The position numbers and the translations under genes are program-made. The notes beneath the pieces are model-generated. The model did not search any database, was not told the DNA's origin, and worked only from the letters and a program-made list of their open reading frames with translations. A DNA stretch of 64,000 nt from Malacoraja senta (taxonomy: Eukaryota), in assembly GCA_038087875.1 (NCBI GenBank), contig CM075990.1, positions 7,628,001 through 7,692,000 on the forward strand, read 5' to 3'. This document shows, piece by piece, positions 53,327 through 64,000 of the stretch (positions are counted from its first letter, which is position 1; each line of letters starts with the position of its first letter).

Positions 53327-56271
53327 ACGTGGACATGAAGTTTGAAGAAAAATAAGCAATGATGGCCACAAACCGACATGAATGTTCTAAAAACCCATCT
53401 GGGCAGCAAATTGCCTTAAGGTGACTTGATCTGGGTTAAATGGGACACCAGACCCACCACGGAGACAAGATCAGAGGGCATTTTGTGATTGATTGTGAAG
53501 TGAATGTTATTTTTAAGAGTGAGAGGTAAGTACCCATGGAAACGGAACCCTTCCAACTTAACATGGACTAAAAATGCTGGCATAACTCAGCAGCACAGGC
53601 AGCATCTCTGCAAAGAAGGAATGAGTGACGTTTCGGGTCGAGATCCTTCTTCAGACGAGTCAGGAAGAAGGGTTCCCTCGACCCGAAAAGTCACCCAATC
53701 TTTCTCTGTGGAGATAGCTGCCTGTGCTGCTGAGTTATGCCAGCATTTTGTGTCTATCTTCGGTTTAAACCAGCAACTGCAGCTCCTTCCGACACCAGCC
53801 AACTTAACGCCAGCGTGGCGGAGGCTTAGGGCGTTGATTTAACGTGAGCTTGAAATTATGAATGGCCGTTTGTCGGTTGAATAAGATGGATCGTCGCTAC
53901 TGATTGGTGAGAAAAACTGGCCTGAATTTTAGATGAAACAAAGTTAATCAAAAAATATTTCCCGTGTCAGGAAATATATTTTAATCCTAAAACCAAAAGA
54001 TTTAGATTCTGGGTCCTCTCCTTTAATGAAGTTGATCTGGAAGAAAGGACTAGAGTGGAGGAGGGTGTGGAGAGCAGGATTTGATCGGTTGAGCAGAGAG
54101 AGACATCCTGGTCTCTTCCTGTGTCAGTATATTGCCAGATTTGATGCTAAAATATTCATCTGGTTTTTAATCGTTGGTTCATGGAGACAACTCATACTTT
54201 CCTGAGCTCAGTGGTTATATTCCAAACGAACTCTCTAGCTAATCAGCACATTTAAGACATTAGTTTCTTTGCTGTAATGTCATTATCCGGTAATTACTTT
54301 CTAATGCAAGGATATGGAGCTCTCAATTTGTGACTTGCCAACTTGTTACTTCTGACTTGTGTCTGTAAATCTTCCTGTGGCGTGACAACCTGCACAGATG
54401 TTCAATGAGGGGAAGGGGGAGGAAGTGAAGGGGAATAGAAGAGGGGGCAGGAATGGTGCAGATGTGTCTCAAGAGTCATATGTCCCAGATAGAACAATGA
54501 AATCCAACAGAAGATGTTAACATAGTACACTGTAAGCAATATAATAAACAAGGAAAAAACTTAAGTGTGTGTGTATATATACACACACACATTCACACAT
54601 ATACACATATACGATATGATAGAACTTTATTTATCCCAGGAGGGAAATTGGTCTGCCAACAGTCATAAAAGTCCTGAAAAGCGCTATATAAATAAAATCT
54701 ATTATTAGTATTATTATAAAATACAACGAGATACAGGTGACATGAAATTAAAGTGACGAGTGGAAAGTCCATGATTGGGGGATGTGCAAAGATTGGGGAG
54801 TGGGGTTGGAGGGGGGGAGGGGGGAAAGGGAAGTCAGTCTACCCATGACAGAAGGGGGGGGGAGTTTGGTTTATGTGTATATACATACGTGCACATCAAA
54901 AACGAACAATAATAGTTCAAGAATAACAATAATAGTCTACGTACTGCATTTCAGAGCTTAATGGAGGTTGTGGTGCTTAATAACCTGATGGCTGCAGGGA
55001 AGGAGCTGTGCCTGAACCTGGATGTTACAGTTCTCAGGCTCCTGTACCTTCTTCCCGATGGCAGGAGTGAAATGAGTGTGTGGCCAGGGTGGTGTGGGTC
55101 TCTGATGATGCTGGATGCCTTTTTGAGGCAGCGACTCCTGTAGATCCCTTTAGATGGTGGGGAGGCCAGAATCCGCGATGGACCGGGCAGTGTTCACCAT
55201 TTTTTGCAGTCTCATTACGCAGCTCTGACCCCCATTACAGTACAGACAGCTCAGAGTAAAGGTTGAGGGAAAACCACTTTTATTTAGCTTCACACTACAA
55301 TGACATCCCAATCTTGCTCAGTCCACTGACAGAACATTATACACCAGTCGTCATTCTGTGAGATGAGTTTATCCAGTCTGCCGGGCACTGCAAGGGTCTC
55401 GTTATCCTCTGTCAAGCTTTCTCAGGCTGCCGACTTCTGGAATAACTGCAGCAGAAAGGCATCTTCGCCAACCGGGCTTCTGCAGCCTCCTCTTCTGCCG
55501 AATCCTTTCTCTCTCTCTCTCTCCCTGTTGAACGCTGATGTCCCGCAGTTCCCACAGGCTGTGTTTGGACAAGTCAGACGTTTAAACAAGTCATCTCCAG
55601 GATTTACAGCCCAGTTGCAGGTGACGGTTTTGTGCGTCAGTCACGTGGCTCCCACGGCTGCTCCACCGTCCAAGAACATCACGGTTGACCTGGTTGTAAC
55701 CTCAACCCTGTCTTCCCACCTGCCCGCAGTGACCTTTCATATGCGCTGCCTCAATCACACTCAACGATTCTGGTCCACTGCCCTTTGAGCAAGAGAGCTC
55801 CGAAAACCCATCGAACATAGAACAGTGAAGCACAGCAACAGGCCCTTCGGCCCACTATGTCCGTGCTGAACATGATGCCAAGTTAAACTAATCTCCTCTA
55901 CCTGCACACGATCCGTAACCCTCCGTTCCCTGCATATCCATGTGCCTATCCAAAAGCCTCTGAAACGCCACTGTTCTATCTGCCTCCACCACCACCCCTG
56001 GCAGCATGTTCCAGGCCCCCAGCACTCTCTGTGTAAAAACATCCCACACATTTCCTTCAAACTTCGCCCCCCTTATAGCTGTGCCCTCTCGTCTTCACCA
56101 TGTCCACCCTGGGGAAAAGGTTCTGACTGTCTATCCTATCTAGGCCTCACATCATTTTATCTAATTGTGCCTGATCTTCCCTCAGCTTCCGAATCGCTGA
56201 AGAAAACAACCCAAGTCTATCCAACCTCTCGTTACTGGTAATACTCTCTAATCCAGGCAGCATTCTGGTTA

Positions 56272-56496
56272 AGGGCCTGTCCCACTTTCACCACCTAATT
56301 CACCACCTTTTTTACTCGTGGACATTTTTCATCAGGCTAGAAAAACACCCCGACCTACTTGATGCCACGAGTACCTTTGACTAGCATCACAACCTACCTA
56401 CTTCATCCTACGACCCCCTACGACCTCGTGACGACCATGCTGCGAGCATGAGTCAAGGGCAAACTCGGCAGAGGTCGTGAAAGTGGGACAGACCCT
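56272..56496. mobile_element. Harbinger-like MITE, subfamily B
   Basis: agggcctgtcccactttcac...gtgaaagtgggacagaccct; inserted in a CR1 fragment. Confidence 0.8.
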
Positions 56497-56509
56497 TAAA
56501 TCGTTTCCA

Positions 56510-57142
56510 CACCCTCTGCCGAACCTTCCTGTAACGGAGTGACTTGGACCCCTCTGCCGAACCTTCCTGTAACGGAGTGACTTGGACCCCTCTGCCGAAC
56601 CTTCCTGTAACGGAGTGACGGACCCCTCTGCCGAACCTTCCTGTAACGGAGTGACTTGGACCCCTCTGCCGAACCTTCCTGTAACGGAGTGACTTGGACC
56701 CCTCTGCCGAACCTTCCTGTAACGGAGTGACGGACCCCTCTGCCGAACCTTCCTGTAACGGAGTGACTTGGACCCCTCTGCCGAACCTTCCTGTAACGGA
56801 GTGACTTGGACCCCTCTGCCGAACCTTCCTGTAACGGAGTGACGGACCCCTCTGCCGAACCTTCCTGTAACGGAGTGACGGACCCCTCTGCCGAACCTTC
56901 CTGTAACGGAGTGACGGACCCCTCTGCCGAACCTTCCTGTAACGGAGTGACGGACCCCTCTGCCGAACCTTCCTGTAACGGAGTGACGGACCCCTCTGCC
57001 GAACCTTCCTGTAACGGAGTGACGGACCCCTCTGCCGAACCTTCCTGTAACGGAGTGACGGACCCCTCTGCCGAACCTTCCTGTAACGGAGTGACGGACC
57101 CCTCTGCCGAACCTTCCTGTAACGGAGTGACGGACCCCTCTG
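56510..57142. repeat. 36/38-bp minisatellite
   Basis: Unit gacccctctgccgaaccttcctgtaacggagtgac(g/ttg), about 17 copies. Confidence 0.96.
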
Positions 57143-57343
57143 AGAGGAAAATAAAGTCACCACATTTCTGCTTTTAATGAGAAACTCTTTCTTTTTAAAC
57201 GGTGACCTCTATTTATTAATTCTCCCTCAAGATGAAAAATCATCGCCACCGCCTCAGAATGTTACATGTTTCAATGAACCCCCTTTCTAAATTCTAATGG
57301 AACCTTCCCGACCTCTCCTATTAAGACAACTTGTCCCTTCTAA

Positions 57344-57551
57344 AGGGCCTGTCACACTTGGGCGTCATTTGCGCGTCACGAAGCACGTGATGCGCGTATG
57401 GCGTGCATTACGCATGCATGGCGTGCATTACGCGCGCATAGGGCGTGGTGACAGGCGCGGTCGCGCGCAGCACCCCAGGATTTGGGGATTCACAAAATCT
57501 TCGCGCGCCACCTGCGTGACACGCAAATGCCGCCCAAGTGGGACAGGCCCT
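57344..57551. mobile_element. CpG-rich Harbinger-like MITE, subfamily C
   Basis: TIR agggcctgtcacacttgggcgtcatttgcgcgtcacg versus cgtgacacgcaaatgccgcccaagtgggacaggccct; exact TAA duplication. Confidence 0.85.
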
Positions 57552-58042
57552 TAATTCCAAAGAAGGGTCCCGACCTGAAATGTCACCCATTCCTTCTCTC
57601 CAGAGATGCTGCCCGAACCGCTGAGTTACTCCAGCATTGTGTCTATCTTTGGTGTAAAATCCACCATCTGCAGTTGATTTTTATCACACCTTGTACATTC
57701 TAAGTCTCACCTACACCAAGATAGAATCAGGATTCTTGAGGAAAGTACTACGGATGCCGGAAATCTGAAATAAAAACAGTAAGTGCTGAAAACATCTCAG
57801 TAAACAGGCAGCATCTGTGGCAAGAGAAACTGATTTAGATACTGAGTTGACTACATTTGATACATCTGCAGGCTCTGAGAATAAATTCATGTTTATTGAC
57901 ATAAAACCTAGATCTCTCTCTCGTCACCTCACCTGCTGAATATTCCCAGCAATACTCAATTTAAATTCTTATTCAAAATGTATATTTATAGTTAAAACAA
58001 ATCTTCATTATGTTCACTTCGTGTGAAAATAGACATCTTCTA

Positions 58043-58460
58043 GATGCGCTGGGACGCATCCTCAGTGATGTGATCTGGGGTCATCGGGTGTTTGGGGTCT
58101 CACAACATCAGACACCCTCGCCCAGGCGACCCAGCCGGGGTTGATCAGACCCCGATTTGTGTCCCAGCAGCAACCGCCCACGGATCAGCCATCTTAGTAA
58201 CCACTCTGCAGGGGTTGGGAGACTCTAGTGCGTGGAGGGACTGGGCTCTGTGGGGTGAGTCCAGGCCGGGCTCTTCCAGCATCTCACCAGGTTCAAGGCC
58301 TGTGCGCTGCACCTCTTTCTCCTTCTCCGAGCATTTCATTCTCGCCTGATGGATTTTAGGCCACGGTGGTTCATTAGGCCTTTCCGTAGCTTTATTGGGT
58401 GTCTTTCTCATGAAAGGCCCTATGTCTCATTCAGTAGCCCAGTTGTACTTTCAACTGGAA
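58043..58460 (-). mobile_element. Internally deleted restriction-like-endonuclease (HERO-like) non-LTR retroelement
   Basis: With one frameshift corrected it reads NHRGLKIHQARMKCSEKEKEVQRTGLEPGEMLEEPGLDSPHRAQSLH (half zinc finger and N-terminus) fused to ...ADPWAVAAGTQIGV* and a GC-rich 3' UTR ending in hairpin gatgcg-tcccag-cgcatc. Family call is from recalled similarity only. Confidence 0.5.
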
Positions 58461-61335
58461 TCATACCGTTAAATCTGTCATTGTCATGTCAAAGACTGAG
58501 GCCAATACATATGGTTTGAGGCTTATTGAATTCCAATAGATTGGTGAATTCAACCAGAGACCTGAGTGTTAATGTATCTAAGAACGCACTGCCTGAGACG
58601 ATGGTGGACTCAGATTCTCACATAACATTTGGGAAGTATCTCAACAAAGACTGGAATCACCAAGACATAGGAGACGGCAGACCCAGTGCTGGTAAATGGG
58701 ATTCCTATGGATGGGCACTTGATGGTTATGTGCAAGAGCACCGAAGATAGACATAAACTGATGGAATAACTCAGCGGGTCAGGCAGCATTTCTGGAAAAA
58801 AGGAATAGGTGACGTTTCGGGTCTAGACCCTTCATCAGACTGGTTCCCCACAGCCATCAGGCTATTAAACTCGCCAACAAACAGACTCTGAACTGTACCA
58901 TCCTATTGCACTTTATCTGCTTTTTTATGTGTATATTGAACTGAACTGTTCTGTATTTTTGCTTACAATATTCTGTTGTGCTGCAGCAAGCAAGAATTTC
59001 ATTGTCCTATAACATGACAATAAACTCTCTTGACTTGACATTGTGCCGAATGGCCAGTTCCTATGTTGCATGACTCACTGAGTTGGTCATATCATGGAGA
59101 CATGGTGTAGCTGTTATCACAAGGACTCAACAAACAGCTCAGAAACCCTGGTTCATCATAATCATGTGAGCCCAGATTTTGATGTTAAAAACCTTATTTT
59201 CCGAGTGTTGATCCAAGGGCCACATCACCTGTGACAAAAGTAAATATTCTGAAACAATAACACAAGACTTAACCTTCAAAGGTTTACGATGAACTTGAAA
59301 TATCAAATAATGGTACAAATTCACCAACTGCAACATATATTGAACATATTGAAACAATTTTTGGATAAAAATACCTTTTTAATTTTATCTCTCCATAGAT
59401 AATTATGACCAGGTATTAGAAGGGTCTCGACCCGAAACGTCACCCATTCCTTCTCTCCAGAGTTGCTGCCTATCCCGCTGAGATACTCCAGCATTTTGTG
59501 TCTATCTTCCATTAGTTCCCATTAACCTTTTATTGTCATATATATTCTGTTGGCCTCTGCTTTAACATCCAGTAAATTCCACTAATTGGTTCTGTTACTG
59601 AAATAATTGTGGTTTCAGAGTGTCACTGGCACTTTGGGCCATCCTATCCATCAGTAGCCTATCCCTCTTAACACAAGGGGGTGGCACGCTGGCGCAGCGG
59701 TAGAGTTGCTGCCTTACAGCGGCAGAGACCCGGGCTACGATCCAGACTACGGCTGCTTGTCTGTACGGGAGTTTGCACGTTCTCCCCGTGACCTGCGTAT
59801 GTTTTCTCCGAGATCTTCAGTTTCCTCCCACACTCCAAAGACGTACAGGTTAATTGGCTTGGTGTAAATGTAAATTGTCCCTAGCGTGTGTAGGATAGTG
59901 TTAGTGTGGGGAGATCACTGATCACAGTGGCCGAAGGTGCTGGAGTGACTCAGGCAGCATCTGTGGTGGGAATGGATAGGAGACATTTCAGATCAGGACC
60001 ATCCTTCAGACTGAAGAAGACCAGAGTCTGAAGAAGTGTTCCAACCCAAAACATCGCCTATCAACTCCCACCGCAGATGCTGCCTGACTCATTGAGTTCC
60101 ACCAACACTTTGTGCTTTGCTCAAGATTCCAACATCTGCAGTTCTTTGTGTCACCTATCGACACCAATTCTATTTTCCAGCACTCGGTGCATAGCTGTCT
60201 ATGCCACAGTGTTTTGGCTGCTTATCTAAATCCTTCTTCAATGCTATGAGTGTATTTGCCTTCACCATCTTGTCATGCAGGACATTTCATATTCCAACTT
60301 TACCCCCGAAAAAGGTCTGAACAATTTTTTTTACAAAGTCCCCAGATGTGGTCTCGCCAAGTCCTTGTTCAAATTTGCTGCCTGACCCGCTGAGTTACTC
60401 CAGCTTCAAACCAACAACTGTAAACATTCATTGCTCTCGTTCCCTGTTGGCCAACCTATTCCCAATCCATGCCAGTACATTTACCCTGTTCATATGTCCT
60501 TTCATTTTCCACAGTAACATTTTACGTGGGACTTTACCAATCACCTTCTGAAATCCATACCTTTTGTCAGTGACTCGAGTATTTTCCCCGCCACTGTGGT
60601 GAGGCTAATTCATCTATGGCGCCTTGTTTTCTCTCTCCCTCCAATTCCCAAGAACTGTTTCATAAGCAAAATATTTTTGGAAGATGACAACAGTTCTTCC
60701 ATTGTTTTCTACGGAAGCTTCCATTAGTTCTCTGGGACGGATTATCACACTCTGGGGATTTATTGTTTTTCAGTCATTAATTTCTCCAGCACTTTTTCAC
60801 CAACACTAACTTTGTTTAATTCCTCCTTTTCATTAGGTGCTCGTTTCCCTAGAGCTTCTGGCAATGTATTTGTGCCCTCATCCATGAAGGCACAACCAAC
60901 GAATTTGTTTAACTTCTCTGCCTGTTCTTCGTTCCTCATTATAAATGTGCTCACTTCTTCTTACATACATATGTCGTTTATTACAGCTTGATTAGTTTGG
61001 CTTAGCTTAGTTTGGATTTGTTTAGTTTAGTTTATTGTCACGTGTGCCGAGATGCCGTTTTTGTTGCATGCTATCCTGTCAGCAAAAAGACCTACATATG
61101 ATTACAATCAAGCTGTTCCCAGCGTACAGATACAGGATAAAGGGAATAAAGTTTAGTGCAAGATAAAGTCCTATAATAGAATAGAATAGAATAGAATAGA
61201 ATGCTATTTATTGTCATTCAAACCTAGGCTTGAACGGAATTTCATTACTACAGTTTTTTTTTACTAAAGTCTGATTAAAGAAAGTCCAAAGGTCTCCAAT
61301 GAGGTAGATGGAAGATCAGGACTGCTCTCTAGTTG

Positions 61336-61469
61336 TTCTTCCTCTTGTTGCGTATGGCGTGCACAGCCTAAAGTTGTAGGACAACTTGTTCTATTTGATC
61401 TTATTTGATTGTGCACACCGGGTTGATTGCATTCGTCGAAACAGGCGGACCAGGTGAAGGTTGCAATCT
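61336..61469 (-). mobile_element. Second, 5'-clipped copy of the HDV-ribozyme-headed retroposon
   Basis: Highly similar to 42207-42337. Minus strand reads GAUUGCA ACC UUCACCU GGU CCGCCU GUUUCGA CGAA UGCAAUC, with an intact CGAA J4/2 motif but no 5' P1 strand. Tail caacaagaggaagaa. Confidence 0.8.
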
Positions 61470-61662
61470 TATGGTTCAGTTGCTCGGTAACAGCTGGGAA
61501 GAAACCACGGTCTAGGACGGAGCTGTTCCCAAACCATGCTGCGATGCATCCCGATAAAATGATTTCCACGGCACATCTGTAGAAGTTGGTGAGATTTGTT
61601 GGGGACATGCCGAATTTACTAAGCCTCCGAATGAAATAGCTTTGATGTTCCTTGAAAGCTTA

Positions 61663-61975
61663 AAGCCCTGTCCCCCACGGTACGAGTTCATTCCAAGAGC
61701 TCTCCCGAGTTTGCCCTGATTCGAACTCTGAGGTTTACGGTAATGGCCACTCGTCGGTACTCGGGGCTTCCTGGACAAATCTTCAAGAGGCTTCCCGTGC
61801 TTACCTGCCGTTAGCGAGTCTTCCCGGGTACCTGCCGTTAGCGTTACGAGCCGCTAAGAGACGTCCCCGAGCTCCGACATACCCGCTATGTTCATTCTCC
61901 GTGCTTACCACGAGCTTGATTTTTTTTTAACTCGGGAGAGCTCTTGGAATGAACTGGTACCGTGGGACAGGGCCA
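61663..61975. mobile_element. Harbinger-like MITE, subfamily D
   Basis: About 45-bp TIRs (ccctgtccc...cacggtacgagttcattccaagagctctcccgagtt); TTA duplication. Confidence 0.82.
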
Positions 61976-62545
61976 TTACTCTTCTACGCAACAATCTCTT
62001 CTAGTCCATCACTTGTACCCTTTATGCTAAATCCTGTACATCATTCGACCTGCTCCAAAACGCAAAGTCCTGGAGGAACATCAGGTCCGGCAGCATCTGG
62101 GAAGGGAATGGACAGGCGATATTTCGGGTCGGGACCCTTCTTCAGACTTTGAAACAATACTGAGTGGAGAGTGCTGGTTTTGGGGGGTGGACAATGCCAC
62201 CGATCATTTAGTATAGATCCCCCTCACCACCACCCCCTCCGAGCTCCACTCAGTTTGGTGGAATATGTGTAGTCAATGATATCAATGCTATATCTTGCAC
62301 TAAATGGTGTTCCTTTTATGCTTGATCTCTGCAAAATGGACAGTTTGATTGCATTAATGCATAGTCTTTTCTTTGGATAGCATGAAAACAAAAGCTTTTC
62401 ATTGTACCTCGTGCATGTGGTAATAATAAACCAAACTAAACTAATCTGTTTCCTCATGGTCAATGCTACCTGGACCGCTGAGCTCTTCCAGCACTTTGTG
62501 TTTTGCTCAAAATTCCAGCATCTGCAGTTCCTTGTGTCTCCATTA

Positions 62546-63231
62546 AGGGCCTGTCCTACTTGGATGACCTAATCCACGAGTTTAGAAGACCCTAGGCGAG
62601 TTGAAAAAATATCAAGGTCATGTTGACTCGCCGAAGTAAAAGACCTCCTACGACTATGTCTACGACCTCCTACGACCTCCTACGACCCCACTCGACCTCA
62701 GTCTTCCACACCTAAGACCAACTACGACTAGCTACGAGTGGAAAATTATCACATGATCAAATGATGTCATGTTTGCATTTTTTTTCTCGGGGCAGTTACC
62801 GACCTACGACCTACCTACGACCTACCTACGACTACCATCACGACCTACTACGACCTACCTACGACCTACCTACGACCTACCTACGACCTACCTACGACTA
62901 CCATCACGACCTACTACGACCTACCTACGACCTACCTACGACCTACCTACGACCTACCTACGACTACCATCACGACCTACTACGACCTACCTACGAGTAA
63001 AAAGTATCCATTTTTTCCATGCCGATCTTTATTTTACACGTGGACATTTTTATCAGGCTGGAACAAACGCCGCGACCTACTTGAGGCCACGAGTACGCGG
63101 TGACCACTCACGAGCATGAGGAAGAGTTACGAAGACCTCCTACGACCTTGTGGCGACCATGCTACGGAGTATGAGTCAAGGGCAAACTCGGCAGAGGTCG
63201 TGAATTAGGTCGTAAAAGTGGGGCAGGGGCT
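62546..63231. mobile_element. Long Harbinger-like MITE (B-related) with an internal CTACGAC tandem array
   Basis: Shared termini, TTA duplication; 62797-62996 is about three copies of a 66-bp higher-order unit. Confidence 0.8.
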
Positions 63232-63642
63232 TTAGGCCTATTTTTTTCTGGCAATGTTGCACAACTTTGCCCTGTGTTTAATACTACCTTTAGAATCATA
63301 GAGTACAACCTTGCAGAGACAGGCCCTTCAGCACATCCTGTCCATGCTAGCCATGAAGTATCTACATTAATCCCATTGGCCAGTGGTTGCTTCACGGTTT
63401 CCGCGTCTTGGCAATCGATGTACTTGTCTAGATCTGTCCTTCATGTTGTGAGAGTCTCTACCTCCGCCATCTTCCCAAGCAGTTGGGATTGACGGAGCTC
63501 GGAGCGAGGGGGAGAAGTGCGACATGGGGTGGGGGAGGTGTAAGGAGGAGGAATAAATGGGGGAAAAGGCAATGAATATTGAGAGACAGGGCTGTGGAAG
63601 TAAAGATAGAACCTCACCTTGGAAGAGAGAAGCACAGAAGCA

Positions 63643-63952
63643 TGTGGCACAGTGGTAGGGTTGCTGCCTTACAGCGCCAGAGCCCTGGGTCCCGGGTTCG
63701 ATCCTGAGTACAGGTGCTGTCTGTACGGAGTTTGTACGTTCTCCCCGTGACCTGCGTGGGTTTTCTCCAAGATCGGTTTTCTCCAGCACTCCAAAGACGT
63801 ACAAGTTTGTAGGTTAATTGGCTTGGTATCAATGAAAAATTGGCCCTAACGTGTATAGGATAGTGTTAATGTGTGGGGATCGCTGGTCGGTGCGGACTTG
63901 GTGGGCCGAAGGGCCTGTTTCTGCACTGTATCTCTAAATTAAAGTAAACTAA
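63643..63952 (+). mobile_element. HE1-type tRNA-derived V-SINE (representative)
   Basis: A-box-like tggcacagtgg, B-box ggttcgatcc, V-domain gtacggagtttgtacgttctccccgtgacctgcgtgggttttctcc, CR1-derived tail gggccgaagggcctgtttc...ctgtatctctaaa. Confidence 0.88.
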
Positions 63953-64000
63953 GGTCGAGAGGTCGAAGGAAAGCAAGTGGCTGAATCCATCATGTCCAGA

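Noticed and set aside
56510..57142. CRISPR-like array of 36-bp repeats
   Set aside because: Units are contiguous with no unique spacers, there are no cas genes, and the context is eukaryotic. It is a minisatellite.
58062..58125. Hammerhead in the HERO-like 3' UTR (minus strand ctgatgttg...caaac)
   Set aside because: Core deviates from CUGANGA/GAAA and no stem II forms. At most a plain stem-loop.

Overview
Vertebrate genomic DNA, not prokaryotic. The repeat content (HE1-type tRNA/V-SINEs with CR1/HER1-type LINE partners) suggests a cartilaginous fish, probably a skate or ray; that assignment is inference. The only host coding sequence I can support is a 130-bp internal exon (6300-6429, +) encoding the first four cysteines of a neuregulin-3 (NRG3)-type EGF domain, so the rest of the window is most likely intron. 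It is densely packed with nested mobile DNA: CR1 LINEs, Rex1/Babar-like fragments, a Penelope-like GIY-YIG fragment and its palindromic hammerhead-motif derivatives, at least 9 Harbinger-like MITEs, a tandem Helitron pair carrying a solo LTR, minisatellites and a 200-N gap. The most interesting signal is a 138-bp non-tRNA short retroposon (42207-42344, second copy 61336-61469). Its first 54 nt fold by eye into a minimal HDV-like self-cleaving ribozyme, and the target-site duplication puts the element's 5' end exactly at the predicted cleavage G. Also notable: two independently inserted, inverted CR1 copies that share the same inactivating mutations, an internally deleted HERO-like element, and a teleost-looking CORE-type SINE. 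Family names come from motif recognition, not database searches.
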